A stretch of DNA of 40,758 nt from Methanothrix sp. (GTDB taxonomy: Archaea > Halobacteriota > Methanosarcinia > Methanotrichales > Methanotrichaceae), in assembly GCA_040770465.1 (NCBI GenBank), contig JAXGJB010000021.1:1-40758 (forward strand). The letters run 5' to 3'. The notes beneath the pieces were generated by a model, which was not told the DNA's origin, did not search any database, and worked only from the letters and a program-made list of their open reading frames with translations. Of the stretch, positions 19,993-29,787 are shown in pieces. The translations under genes and the position numbers were made by a program. The stretch's first letter is position 1. Every line of letters starts with the position of its first letter.

Positions 19993-20945
19993 CTCTCGTC
20001 AAGGGGGACGGAGTTGGGCCGGAGGTGATCGACGGCGCTCTGACCGTCCTCGCGGCGGCGGGCGCCGACCTGGAGTTCGTCCCCGTGGAGCTGGGGTACG
20101 GCCGGTGGAAGAGGACGGGAAAAGCGATGGCCGATGAGGACCTGGAAACGATCAAGGGCTGCCACTGCGTCCTCTTCGGCGCCATAACGACTCCGCCGGA
20201 CCCAGACTACAGTAGCGTCCTTCTGGCCTTGAGGAAGGGGCTGGACCTCTACGCCAACATCAGGCCCTTCTCCGCCGCGGGGCTTGACTTTGTTATCGTC
20301 CGGGAGAACACCGAGGGTATGTACTCGGGGGTGGAGAAGCTGGATGAAGAGGAGGCGACGACGTTGAGGGTGGTAACCACCCGGGGCTCTCTTCGGATCG
20401 CCGAGAGGGCCTGCGCCATCGCCTCTAAGAGGGAGCGTCTCACCATCGTCCACAAGTCCAACGTCCTCAAGAGCGACAACCTATTCTTGCGGATCTGCAG
20501 GGAGACGGCCTCCAGGTGGGACGTCCCCTTCGAGGATATGCTCGTCGACGCCGCGGGCTACAACCTGGTCGTAAACCCAAAGAGGTTTGACGTCATCGTA
20601 ACGACGAACCTCTTCGGAGACATCCTCAGCGACGTGGCGGCCGGTGTCGTCGGGGGCCTGGGCCTCTGCGCCAGCGCGAACCTCGGCGACAGGTATGCCC
20701 TCTTTGAGCCGATCCACGGCTCAGCCCCCGACATCGCGGGACGGGGGATCGCAAACCCCATCGGAGCAATCAGGTCCGCCGCCATGATGCTGGAGTGGTT
20801 CGGCGATTCGGGGAAGGCGAGGATGATCGAGGAGGCGGTGACTTGGGCGCTGGCCAAGGGGGTCAGAACTCCTGATTTGGGCGGGAGCTTCTCCACCAAA
20901 GATGTGGCCTGTGCGATAGCAGACCGTCTCGCCTGGTCGGACTGA
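19962..20945 (+). CDS. aksF: Isocitrate/isopropylmalate dehydrogenase family, probably homoisocitrate dehydrogenase
   Basis: GDGVGPEV, LRKGLDLYANIRP, VRENTEG, HKSNVLK, NLFGDILSD, FEPIHGSAPDIAG; operon with hacB. leuB cannot be excluded. Confidence 0.72.
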   Translation: MSGRRAEKRVALVKGDGVGPEVIDGALTVLAAAGADLEFVPVELGYGRWKRTGKAMADEDLETIKGCHCVLFGAITTPPDPDYSSVLLALRKGLDLYANIRPFSAAGLDFVIVRENTEGMYSGVEKLDEEEATTLRVVTTRGSLRIAERACAIASKRERLTIVHKSNVLKSDNLFLRICRETASRWDVPFEDMLVDAAGYNLVVNPKRFDVIVTTNLFGDILSDVAAGVVGGLGLCASANLGDRYALFEPIHGSAPDIAGRGIANPIGAIRSAAMMLEWFGDSGKARMIEEAVTWALAKGVRTPDLGGSFSTKDVACAIADRLAWSD

Positions 20946-20980
20946 CGGCGTAACCCTTCAGCCGTCTGGGACCTTCCTGC

Positions 20981-21014
20981 CGTGAAGTTTTGCGGGTCGT
21001 GAAGTTTTGCGGGT
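20981..21014. repeat. Perfect 17-bp tandem duplication
   Basis: cgtgaagttttgcgggt x2. Confidence 0.9.
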
Positions 21015-21223
21015 TCAAGCGTTGCCCTCGTCGCAGAAGGGCAAATCCGATGATAAAGGCGGAGGCCTGGTCAGGTGGGTGCGGGAGATAGTGGCAGGTC
21101 TAGGAGTACGAGGCTTCGTCCGCCGACCTACGCCTTGGTGAATTGGAGCTTATCGGATTTGGGATGCTGAGGCGGCATATTGATCGAAATCTTTTTCACC
21201 AGGAAGCCCCCTTCGCCACCTGA

Positions 21224-21490
21224 ATGTCAGAAGAGAAGGTTACGACCCGCAAAAACAAAGCCAACGGCCGCAAGAGCGAGCTGGCTGATAAGCTGGGCGA
21301 CATGAACGTGAACATCACAGTCCCGAAGCTGGATTACAGGGATTACGTCAGGGTGCTGAAGCTGGCGAGAAAGCCCACCCGCGAGGAGTTTTTTATGATC
21401 TCCAAGATCGCCATGCTGGGGATAGCCCTGATCGGGATGATGGGTTTCGTCATCTACGTCTTCCTCACCGAGCTGCCCAAGGCGCTCTAG
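21224..21490 (+). CDS. secE: Protein translocase subunit SecE / Sec61-gamma
   Basis: YVRVLKLARKPTREEF followed by TM segment GIALIGMMGFVIY. Confidence 0.93.
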   Translation: MSEEKVTTRKNKANGRKSELADKLGDMNVNITVPKLDYRDYVRVLKLARKPTREEFFMISKIAMLGIALIGMMGFVIYVFLTELPKAL

Positions 21491-21521
21491 GCGGGCGCTG
21501 GCTGTCTAAGCAGGCATCCGG

Positions 21522-21554
21522 AAAAAAATAGAGATGGGGCGTCGGGACCCCATC
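21522..21554 (-). terminator. Terminator between convergent secE and cfbD
   Basis: gatgggg...ccccatc hairpin next to an A7 run (U-run on the minus strand). Confidence 0.55.
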
Positions 21555-21570
21555 CACTTCGTCCCCTCTT

Positions 21571-22674
21571 TTATCCCACCTCGTTCAGACCCCGCAAGGT
21601 GGCTCCGAACTCCGACTCGACGATGCTCGATACGCCCATCGTCTTGGGGTGGAGGTCGATCTCCACCATCACGTGCTGATGGCCGAGTTCTCTGAGGGGC
21701 CGGACCTGGCGGGGGCCGTTGGTGATGGAGAAGATCTCCATGCCCCTGAGCGCGTCGATGGGTATCGCGTGGGGTACGCCGGAGATTACGGCGAAGTCGT
21801 ACCCCTCCTGGCCAGCGAGCCAGCTCGCCACCTCATCTCCCGCGATGGGATACTCGTCGAGGCCGCCGATGATCTTGTCGATCACAACGCCCCTCTCCTC
21901 AAGCCCCGAAAGGATGTTCTTTGCGTCCTTTCTCACCTTGGCCAGCCCCTTATTCTCGTCGAGGTTTGCGAGGGTTTTGACCTCGGCTCCGCGGGCCTTG
22001 GCCACCTGGGCGACGGCGGCGTTGATGTCGGCGAACATGTACGCCGTCTCCTTCTTGGCGTTGAGGATGTTTATCCCCCTCTTCCCCTCAGCCATCAGCT
22101 CCAGGAGCCGCTCAGCGGCCCTGTACTTGAGCTCGCCCCTCTCGGGGGCGAGGTACTCCTGGCTCGCGGCCCCGTGGAGCCTCTCAACCTCCGTCGCCTT
22201 CTCCAGGAGGAACTTCTGCCGTTCGAACTCCGCGAGGTCGATGATCCCCTTCTCCAGGGCAGCCTCCAGGGTGATGATCACCCCCCTGGTGTTGTCCCGG
22301 TACCCGGCGTGAACCTCCACCTCGATGACGGGGACGTCGACCTCGGCGTCGACGACGGACTGGTGGAGGTCTTCTCCGATGATCATGCTGCTGCATGTCC
22401 CCACCACGCCGATCAGCTTCGGATCGAATAGCTCCCTCGCCCTCCGGATGAGCCTTGTGAGCTGCTCCTGCCCGCCGAAGACGAAGCCTGCCTCGTCGAG
22501 GGCGGTGGTGAGGGTTCTGACCCCGTCCTCCTCCAGGAGGCGGGCGTGCTTGAAGCAGCAGCCGCTGGGCCCGTGCATTATGACGACGTCGACGCCCAGG
22601 TCTCTCAGGGTGTAAAGGGCTGCAACGATGGAGCTGGGCCTCGGGTGCAGTATCTGAACTTCGCTTGCCATCAT
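21571..22674 (-). CDS. cfbD: Ni-sirohydrochlorin a,c-diamide reductive cyclase catalytic subunit (NflD)
   Basis: [48 protein letters not shown]; AGGTGA RBS. Confidence 0.93.
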   Translation of the reverse strand: MMASEVQILHPRPSSIVAALYTLRDLGVDVVIMHGPSGCCFKHARLLEEDGVRTLTTALDEAGFVFGGQEQLTRLIRRARELFDPKLIGVVGTCSSMIIGEDLHQSVVDAEVDVPVIEVEVHAGYRDNTRGVIITLEAALEKGIIDLAEFERQKFLLEKATEVERLHGAASQEYLAPERGELKYRAAERLLELMAEGKRGINILNAKKETAYMFADINAAVAQVAKARGAEVKTLANLDENKGLAKVRKDAKNILSGLEERGVVIDKIIGGLDEYPIAGDEVASWLAGQEGYDFAVISGVPHAIPIDALRGMEIFSITNGPRQVRPLRELGHQHVMVEIDLHPKTMGVSSIVESEFGATLRGLNEVG

Positions 22675-22679
22675 GAAAA

Positions 22680-23957
22680 TCACCTGAAACATTTAACGCA
22701 TGAAATTATCCTGTCGCCCCTCGCCGAGGCTGCCTTCGCCATGGAGAGGCCAGAGTCGAGGTCGGGGGCGAGCTCTGCCGAGAGGCCGGTGGCAAAGGGC
22801 GCCAGCCTCTCCCCCACCAGGACGAGACGGTCGATTTCCCGACGGCGGCGAGAGAGGAGATCGATCAGGGCCGGGACGTCCATCCCCTCGCAGACCGTCT
22901 CCGCCTCCTCGCCGACGACGAGGGTGAGGCTGCCGTCGCCTCCGGCGCGGTCGAGGGCCGCCTCCACCCCAGAGGCCCGAAGGCCGGAGTTGGAGTTGTC
23001 GATCACCAGGACTCCATCCGTCCGCGTCTCCTTCATCCTGCCACCGAGCCCATCGAAGCCCTCAAGGGCGGAGGAGATCTCCTCAAGATCGAGGCCCGCC
23101 GCCAGGGCGGCTGCCGCAGCCCCGGAGATGGCGGCAGAGTAGCTGTCGAGGTCGAAGCCCTCGCCGAGATGGAGGGTCGCCCTCTCGCCGCTCGCCAGAA
23201 TCTCCCGGCCCGCAGACCAGACCGAGCCCCTCTGTCCGGGGCCGAAGGTGACGTCGGCGGATATTCTAGCATCCTCGCCAGCCACGAGCTTTGAGCCCCG
23301 CTTTGAGAGCGAGACCATCTGGAGCTTGGCGGTGCTGGCCCAGAGGGTCTCACCTGCGATCCTGTAGTCGCCGGAAAAGCTCGTCAGGACCCCGAAGTCG
23401 GCAACTCCCGTCCCCCCCAGGGAGACCTCGGATACAAGATCGTCGGCACGGGCCTCTCTGGCGGCATCGAAGGCCAGGATCACGTTGGCGGGGGTGATGC
23501 TGAGCCCCGACCGGACGAGCTTGCTTCTTCCATCTTTCCATACCTCGATCCCCCGGGTGGTGTGGGACGCAACGGTCCTCCCGGTGGAGAGGATCCGGGC
23601 AAGGATCAGGGCGGTGGTGGTCTTGCCTCTCGTCCCCGTCACCTCGAAGGCCCGAAAGTTCCGTTCGCCGGCCAGAAGGTCGCCGACGGCCCGGTGGTGG
23701 GTGACTACCTCTTTTCCAAGCCTGTTTGCCTCTTTTAGGGCGGGGTTCTCGGGCGAGAGGTGGACCGGGGCGACGATGAGGTCGAAGGCTGAGACGTCCT
23801 GGGTGTTGTGGTAGACCTCAAGGGCGGCAGCCTCGATCCCCCTCGCCCTCATCCTCTCGGCGATCAGCCCGGCGCCGTGGATGGTGTCGAGGACCGCAAC
23901 TTTCGGGGCTACTTCAGAGCTTCCGTAGCTCTCCGGTAGGCAAGAGCGGCGATGCAC
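22680..23957 (-). CDS. cfbE: Coenzyme F430 synthase (Mur ligase-like)
   Basis: [51 protein letters not shown]; start uncertain (nearest in-frame GTG is 23957). Confidence 0.88.
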   Translation of the reverse strand: MHRRSCLPESYGSSEVAPKVAVLDTIHGAGLIAERMRARGIEAAALEVYHNTQDVSAFDLIVAPVHLSPENPALKEANRLGKEVVTHHRAVGDLLAGERNFRAFEVTGTRGKTTTALILARILSTGRTVASHTTRGIEVWKDGRSKLVRSGLSITPANVILAFDAAREARADDLVSEVSLGGTGVADFGVLTSFSGDYRIAGETLWASTAKLQMVSLSKRGSKLVAGEDARISADVTFGPGQRGSVWSAGREILASGERATLHLGEGFDLDSYSAAISGAAAAALAAGLDLEEISSALEGFDGLGGRMKETRTDGVLVIDNSNSGLRASGVEAALDRAGGDGSLTLVVGEEAETVCEGMDVPALIDLLSRRRREIDRLVLVGERLAPFATGLSAELAPDLDSGLSMAKAASARGDRIISCVKCFR

Positions 23958-24304
23958 TCGTCCACGCCCAGGGGCTCTGCACACCTGATCTCCACCTCGC
24001 TTCCGTTCAGCCTGCACTTGCCCCTCCGAAGTGCCGGGTCCACAGAGAGCTCGTTGGGGATGTCTTCCATGGTGTGGACGCCGTGGGCGAGGAAGATGGG
24101 AAGGGCGACGATCGTCTTGACCTTCGTCCCAGAGAAGCTCTCAAGCCCCGCGGCGATGTTCGGCTCGTCCATGTTCAAAAAGGCGATCCTTACGGGTCCG
24201 CCGTGGAGGTCGCCGATCATCTTTGCGCATTTTTCCACCATCTCTTTGTTGTACGGTTTGGTGCTGCCGTGTCCCAGAACGAGAATCCCTACATCATCGA
24301 CCAT
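23909..24304 (-). CDS. cfbA: Sirohydrochlorin nickelochelatase (CbiX-S type)
   Basis: LGHGS, PIFLAHGVHTMEDIP, AEPLG; first gene of the cfb operon. Confidence 0.9.
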   Translation of the reverse strand: MVDDVGILVLGHGSTKPYNKEMVEKCAKMIGDLHGGPVRIAFLNMDEPNIAAGLESFSGTKVKTIVALPIFLAHGVHTMEDIPNELSVDPALRRGKCRLNGSEVEIRCAEPLGVDECIAALAYRRATEALK

Positions 24305-24472
24305 AAATCTCACCAATGTTACGTTTTTATATATTTGTATTAACCAGATGGGATTAATAACTAATAAATCCTTTCCCGGCGTAAAGTGATCCGGCCCAAT
24401 GCCCCCGGAACTCAGCCGGTGTCCGGAGGTCGGAGCCTCGGAGTAGGCGCAGAACTAATGGGATAAGTCGAA

Positions 24473-24964
24473 ATGAGCCGCATAGCGTATCTCTTGATCT
24501 CAGTTCTCTTAGTTATCCAGACTGCGAGCGGCGCCGATGTCCTCATGTCGACGCGAGAGAGGATCACCTTCGCCGAGAACCTGACCCTGGTGGTGATGGA
24601 CGTCGAGCCGGGGGCGAGCGCGGGAGCGGGCGTCGTCTGGCTGGAGCTTCGGGACGATCGGGGCCCCCTCAAGTCTTCGATCCTCGTGGCTGGGGAGAGC
24701 TTCGCCTACAACGAGAGGGGCGATGGCCCGAACCTGACCGTCACCAGGATCTACGCCGGGGGGGAGAGGGATCTGGTGGAGCTGGAGATCGTCTCAGGCG
24801 TTGTGGTGGGGAGGGCTGCCGGGGATCTCTCCACCGAAGCGGCTCAAGATAGCCAGCAGGCCCGAGAAGGGGACTCGTCCCTCATGAACCGGGGACTTGC
24901 GGCTCTGCTCGTCGTGCTTTTGGCTGCCTGGGTTTACTTTGGGGCGAGGCAGAGGGGTAGGTAG
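24473..24964 (+). CDS. Small secreted, C-terminally membrane-anchored protein
   Basis: Signal peptide, beta-rich core, C-terminal hydrophobic helix and basic tail ARQRGR. Confidence 0.75.
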   Translation: MSRIAYLLISVLLVIQTASGADVLMSTRERITFAENLTLVVMDVEPGASAGAGVVWLELRDDRGPLKSSILVAGESFAYNERGDGPNLTVTRIYAGGERDLVELEIVSGVVVGRAAGDLSTEAAQDSQQAREGDSSLMNRGLAALLVVLLAAWVYFGARQRGR

Positions 24965-24994
24965 AAGGCGATATTATCTCAGGGAAGATCGAGG

Positions 24995-25939
24995 TCAGAC
25001 GAGGTGACATAGGACTTGGTGATCTCTCTCCACCTCGACCATCTCGGGCTGCTTTTTGATGCAGACCTCTTCGGCGATGGGGCATCGAGGACGGAAGACG
25101 CATCCCTGGAGGTTTCCGTCTCCGCCGTTTGCGTCTCCTTCTTCCGGGCTCCGGCCATCCTTCAGCTCAGCAGCCTCCTTCGGCTCGGGGGAGATCAGGA
25201 GCTTCGAGTACGGATGCATCGGACGGCTGAAGATATCTTCCGTCTCACCCATCTCCAGGATCTTGCCCCGGTACATCACCGCCATCCTGTCGCTCATGTA
25301 TTCGACGACTTCAAGATCGTGGGTGATGAACATGGTGGTGAGCTCCAGGTCTTCTTTGAGCTCTTTCATCAGCTTCAGAATTTGAGCCTGGACGGAGACG
25401 TCGAGGCCCGAGGTCGGCTCGTCCGCCACGATGAGATCGGGGTTTGAAGCAAGAGCCCTTGCCAGAACCACCCTCTGGTTCTGGCCGCCGCTCATCTGGT
25501 AAGGATAGCGGTGAGCGTGTTCGGGGTTCAGCCCGACGGTCTCGATCAGATCCGCGACCCTGCCTTCGATCTCTCCCTTCCCGAGACCCCCTCTGAGCCT
25601 CAGGGGCTCTGCGATGCATCTCTCGATCTTCATTCGAGGGTCCAAGGAGGCGTCCGGGTCCTGGAAGATCATCTGCATCCGAGGCCTGATCTTTCTCATC
25701 TCTTTCGTCTTCAGTCTCGTTATATCGATCCCGTCGAAGACGATCCTGCCGGAGGTCGGCTCGATCAGTCGGAGGGTCAGCTTTCCTGTGGTCGTCTTTC
25801 CGCACCCGCTCTCCCCCACCAGGCCGAAGGTCTCGCCCCGATCGATCCGGAAGGATACCCGGTCTACGGCCTTGACGTACTTTTTCTTCAGCATCCCGCC
25901 GGATGAAAACCGCTTCTCAAGGCCGATCACCTCAAGCAT
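24995..25939 (-). CDS. Dpp/Opp/Nik ABC transporter ATPase (DppF-like)
   Basis: GESGCGKTT, MSGGQNQR, ADEPT, HPY, C-terminal Cys motif. Confidence 0.92.
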   Translation of the reverse strand: MLEVIGLEKRFSSGGMLKKKYVKAVDRVSFRIDRGETFGLVGESGCGKTTTGKLTLRLIEPTSGRIVFDGIDITRLKTKEMRKIRPRMQMIFQDPDASLDPRMKIERCIAEPLRLRGGLGKGEIEGRVADLIETVGLNPEHAHRYPYQMSGGQNQRVVLARALASNPDLIVADEPTSGLDVSVQAQILKLMKELKEDLELTTMFITHDLEVVEYMSDRMAVMYRGKILEMGETEDIFSRPMHPYSKLLISPEPKEAAELKDGRSPEEGDANGGDGNLQGCVFRPRCPIAEEVCIKKQPEMVEVERDHQVLCHLV

Positions 25940-26867
25940 AAAGAAAACACCTCACCTGCCGCCCGTTCTCTTTTTCGATCATGGGTGGATGCTTCCTCAT
26001 GCAGACCTCGGTCGCATAGTCGCACCTCGGATGAAACTTGCATCCGGTGGGAAGGTCGATCAATGAGGGGCCGTTGCCCCTTATCGGCTCAAGCCCCCTC
26101 GAAGGTAGAGCGCCGAGAAACCCCTTCGAATAGGGGTGGAGTGGATCGTTCATCAGCTCCTCGGTCCTGGCGACCTCCAGAAGCTCTCCCGCGTACATCA
26201 CTGCGATCCGCTGGCAGATCTCGGCCGCCGATGCCAGATCGTGGGTTATAAAGATCATCGACTTCTTCTCCGTCACCTCCGTCAACAGCCTCAAAATCTC
26301 CCGTTTGACGGTGGTGTCAAGCCCCTTTGTTGGCTCGTCGGCGATGATCAAAGAGGGGTCCGCCGCCAGGGCCATGGCGATCATCGCCCTCTCTTTCATC
26401 CCCCCGCTGAACTGGTGAGGATATTCTTTCGCCCTTCTCGGAGCGTCTCTGATCTTGACCATCCTCAGAAGCTCGACGACCCGCCTTCTTGCGGACCGTT
26501 TGTCGAGGCCGTCATGGAGCCGGAGGACCTCTTCGATCTGGCTTCCTACGGTGAGGGCGGGGTTGAGGGAGTTGGTCGGATTCTGGAGGATCATGACGAT
26601 CTCCTTTCCTCTGATCCGCCTCATCTCGTCCTCCTCCAGGGATAGGAGGTCCCGACCGTTGAACATGACCTTCCCATCCACCACCGCATCCTTGGGGAGG
26701 AGCCGGAGGATCGCCATAGCCAGCACCGTCTTTCCGCTCCCGCTCTCTCCGATCAGCCCCAGGTTCTCCCCCCCCTCGATCTTGAGGGAGACGCCGTTTG
26801 TTGGCCTCACGAGGCCGTCGTCGGTGGGAAAGAGGACCCTCAGATCGGAGATATCAAGCCTGCCCAA
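25932..26867 (-). CDS. Dpp/Opp/Nik ABC transporter ATPase (DppD-like)
   Basis: GESGSGKT, FSGGMKER, ADEPT, GCKFHPRC. Confidence 0.92.
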   Translation of the reverse strand: MGRLDISDLRVLFPTDDGLVRPTNGVSLKIEGGENLGLIGESGSGKTVLAMAILRLLPKDAVVDGKVMFNGRDLLSLEEDEMRRIRGKEIVMILQNPTNSLNPALTVGSQIEEVLRLHDGLDKRSARRRVVELLRMVKIRDAPRRAKEYPHQFSGGMKERAMIAMALAADPSLIIADEPTKGLDTTVKREILRLLTEVTEKKSMIFITHDLASAAEICQRIAVMYAGELLEVARTEELMNDPLHPYSKGFLGALPSRGLEPIRGNGPSLIDLPTGCKFHPRCDYATEVCMRKHPPMIEKENGRQVRCFLYA

Positions 26868-26876
26868 ATATCCTCC

Positions 26877-27707
26877 TCAATGGGGTATCTCCTTTCTGAA
26901 CCTCGGGTCCATTTCGTCTCGCAGGCCGTCGCCGATGAAGTTGAAGGCGAGGACTGTGATCATTATGGCAAGGCCGGGGAAGATCATTATGTAGGGCGCC
27001 TTTCTCATGAATAGGCGGCCGTCGTCGAGCATCGATCCCCACTCCGGAGTGGGGGGCTGGACCCCGAACCCAAGAAAGCTCAAACCCGCCGCGGCGAGGA
27101 TGGCGTAGCCGATCCCGAGAGTCGCGATGACGATCACCGGGGATATGATGTTCGGCAGGACGTGGTGGAGCAGGATGTATTGGTCGCTTGCGCCAAGCCC
27201 CTTCGCCGCCTGGACAAATTCCAGCTCCTTCACCGAGAGGATCGAGCCTCTCGCCACCCTCGCGTAGCTCGTCCACTCCACGGCTATGAGAGCCATCATC
27301 AGGTTGAAGAGCCCTGGGCCGAGGGTTCCGGCAAGGGCTAAAGCGAGGAACATGCTGGGGATGGCGAGAAACCCGTCGACGAGCCGCATGATAATGTCGT
27401 CGGCAATGCCGCCAAAGTAGCCCGAGACGGTGCCGAAGACGATCCCGATAAGTAGCGAGCCGCTTACCACGGCGACGCCGACAAATAGAGATACCCGGGC
27501 CCCAAATACGATCCTGCTGAATATGCAGCGGCCCAGATGATCCGTGCCAAAGGGGTACTCCTTCGACGGCGGCTGGAGCCTGACCTTTGAGTTGACCTCC
27601 GTCGGATCGTGGGGGGCGACCTGAGGCGCGAAGACGGCAACGAATACCAAGACCGAAATGATACATAATCCGATAATTATATTCCTGTTTTTAATCCACG
27701 ACCTCAT
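26877..27707 (-). CDS. ABC permease (NikC/DppC-like)
   Basis: FGTDHLGR, GARVSL, EFVQAAKGLGAS, PPTPEWG, GDGLRD. Confidence 0.92.
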   Translation of the reverse strand: MRSWIKNRNIIIGLCIISVLVFVAVFAPQVAPHDPTEVNSKVRLQPPSKEYPFGTDHLGRCIFSRIVFGARVSLFVGVAVVSGSLLIGIVFGTVSGYFGGIADDIIMRLVDGFLAIPSMFLALALAGTLGPGLFNLMMALIAVEWTSYARVARGSILSVKELEFVQAAKGLGASDQYILLHHVLPNIISPVIVIATLGIGYAILAAAGLSFLGFGVQPPTPEWGSMLDDGRLFMRKAPYIMIFPGLAIMITVLAFNFIGDGLRDEMDPRFRKEIPH

Positions 27708-28635
27708 AACGTATCCTCGGATTTAGATAGGTGTAAGATATGTCCACGATCAGGTTCAATGTTACAAAGATGACCGCGATGAAGAGGATCGACCCCTGGA
27801 TCATGGTGTAGTCCCGCTTGTAAATGGAGTCCACCACCAGATCGCCGATCCCGGGCCAGCCGAATATCCACTCGGTCACGACGGCGCCGTTCAGAAGAAA
27901 TCCGAGACTGAGCCCCAGCATCGTCACCACCGGGATCAGCGCATTTTTAAGCGCGTGCTTTCCGATTACGACCCGCTCGGGAAGCCCCTTCGCTCTGGCG
28001 GTTATTATATAATCCTGGCTCAACGCCTCCAGTAGGCTCGATCTCATCAGCCTGGTGGTTACGGCGGCGGAGCTGGTTCCCAGGGTGATGGCGGGCAGGA
28101 TCATATGTTCGAGGTCGCCGCCTCCATATCCAGCCACCGGAAGCCAGTTGAGATAGACGGCGAAGAGGAGGATCAGGAGGAACGCCTGCCAGAAGTTGGG
28201 GATGGATACGCCGATGAGGGCCCCCAGCCGACAGAGGTCGTCTATTATGGTGTTGTGCTTTATCGCCGCCAGAATGCCGAGGGGGATGGAGATGACGATG
28301 GATACGATCATGCTCACGACGGAGAGCTTCAGCGTTGCCCTGAAGCTGTTCATGATGGCGTCTGCCACCGGCTGCTCCGACATGTAGGAGTATCCAAGGT
28401 CACCGTGAACGACCTTTTCGAGCCATCGGAGGTACTGGACGTAGATCGGCTGATCGAGCCCCATCCTGACCCTGTAGGCGTCGATCGCCTCCTGACTCGG
28501 GCTTCCTTCAGGGCTCATCAGAAGGATTTCTGCGGGGTCGCCGGGGGCGAGATACGCCGTAGAGAAGCTGATTACGGAGACGAATAGGAGGGCGGGGATG
28601 ATCAGAAGGATCCTCTTGATTATGTAACCCAGCAT
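27691..28635 (-). CDS. ABC permease (NikB/DppB-like)
   Basis: MLGYIIKR, APGDPA, GDLGYS, DYIITARAKGL, NPRIR. Confidence 0.92.
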   Translation of the reverse strand: MLGYIIKRILLIIPALLFVSVISFSTAYLAPGDPAEILLMSPEGSPSQEAIDAYRVRMGLDQPIYVQYLRWLEKVVHGDLGYSYMSEQPVADAIMNSFRATLKLSVVSMIVSIVISIPLGILAAIKHNTIIDDLCRLGALIGVSIPNFWQAFLLILLFAVYLNWLPVAGYGGGDLEHMILPAITLGTSSAAVTTRLMRSSLLEALSQDYIITARAKGLPERVVIGKHALKNALIPVVTMLGLSLGFLLNGAVVTEWIFGWPGIGDLVVDSIYKRDYTMIQGSILFIAVIFVTLNLIVDISYTYLNPRIRYEVVD

Positions 28636-28728
28636 TCCGGCCTCTCGATAGCTATCGTCTTCGTTCTCGGATTCGCAAACATCGACGCGTTTCTCATAAT
28701 TCCGGATCAATGAAAAAGCCGACGGGTC

Positions 28729-29502
28729 TTAAGCCTTTTCACCCATTACGAGAAATGTGGGGTCCTTATGGGCGATTCTGTATGAGATCGGGCCGCGGGC
28801 GTTCTGAAACTGCAAAACCTCCTGCAGATATCGGAACGAGACGTTGGAGAGCCCGGCCTCTTCGAAGATGGAGCATATCTTCTTCGGTTTTGAGTCGCCG
28901 TAGAGGGGAAGCTCACTTCGTATGGGATCATAATATTCGCCGAAGACCGAATAGAACGACGGCAGTCTTCTCTCGGCGATGAGGGTTATCGCCTTTGACA
29001 GACCTTTTCGGAGGCGGACGTTGGGTGATGGGTCGAACCACGCGCCGTCGATGGCTAGGACCCTCCCCTTCGGCCTCAAGACCCTTGCCCACTCCTCCAC
29101 CGCCCCCTTTGGGTCTGGAAGGGTCCAGAGGAGGTGCCTGTTCACGAGAATATCGAAGCTCTCATCCTCGAAGGGGAGCCTCTCAGCGTCGGCACAACGA
29201 AAGTCCGCCGCAATGTCCATCATCCTGGCGTTGCCTATGGCCTTTTCGATCATCCCCGTCGAGATGTCCACTCCAGTCACCGCATGGCCCATCTCCGCCA
29301 GGATCAATGCGAGAAAGCCGGGACCTGTCCCCACGTCCAGAGCCTTCAAGCCCCCATTGCCGTCGAGGGCGGGTCGGAGCTCTCTCTTCCAGACCGCCTT
29401 CTCCTCATCATCGAATCCGCGGATGCCGTTGGTGTAGGTCTGGCTTCTCCAATCCCAGTACTTTGAAATGGTCTCTTTCGCTTCCATGAATGCCATCACC
29501 AT
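28729..29502 (-). CDS. Class I SAM-dependent methyltransferase
   Basis: YWD, LDVGTGPG, DAERLPF, RHLLWTLPDP, RVLRPKG. Confidence 0.9.
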   Translation of the reverse strand: MVMAFMEAKETISKYWDWRSQTYTNGIRGFDDEEKAVWKRELRPALDGNGGLKALDVGTGPGFLALILAEMGHAVTGVDISTGMIEKAIGNARMMDIAADFRCADAERLPFEDESFDILVNRHLLWTLPDPKGAVEEWARVLRPKGRVLAIDGAWFDPSPNVRLRKGLSKAITLIAERRLPSFYSVFGEYYDPIRSELPLYGDSKPKKICSIFEEAGLSNVSFRYLQEVLQFQNARGPISYRIAHKDPTFLVMGEKA

Positions 29503-29729
29503 CTTTCGATCGCTTTCCTCTCCTCAATATCACGAAATCGACATGATCCGAACCGATGAGTCGAGTCGACGTAAGATAATAGATAATGGGCATAGCCATT
29601 ATTACTACGTTTATTCTCTATATTATCGTTTTATTGATAAAACTTTTGGCTTAATAAGACTCTATTGTATAAACGAATACGAATATGGATCAAATTGTTA
29701 AAACGGTGGGATGAACATAAAACGGCTGC

Positions 29730-29776
29730 GAAAATAGAATAGAAGCGAAACGGCTCGTTTTCTGCCGTTTTGCTTC
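29730..29776 (-). terminator. Hairpin downstream of the substrate-binding gene
   Basis: gaagcgaaacggc / gccgttttgcttc 13-bp stem with one mismatch, followed by a T-rich tract on the minus strand. Confidence 0.6.
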
Positions 29777-29787
29777 GATTTTTGGTA

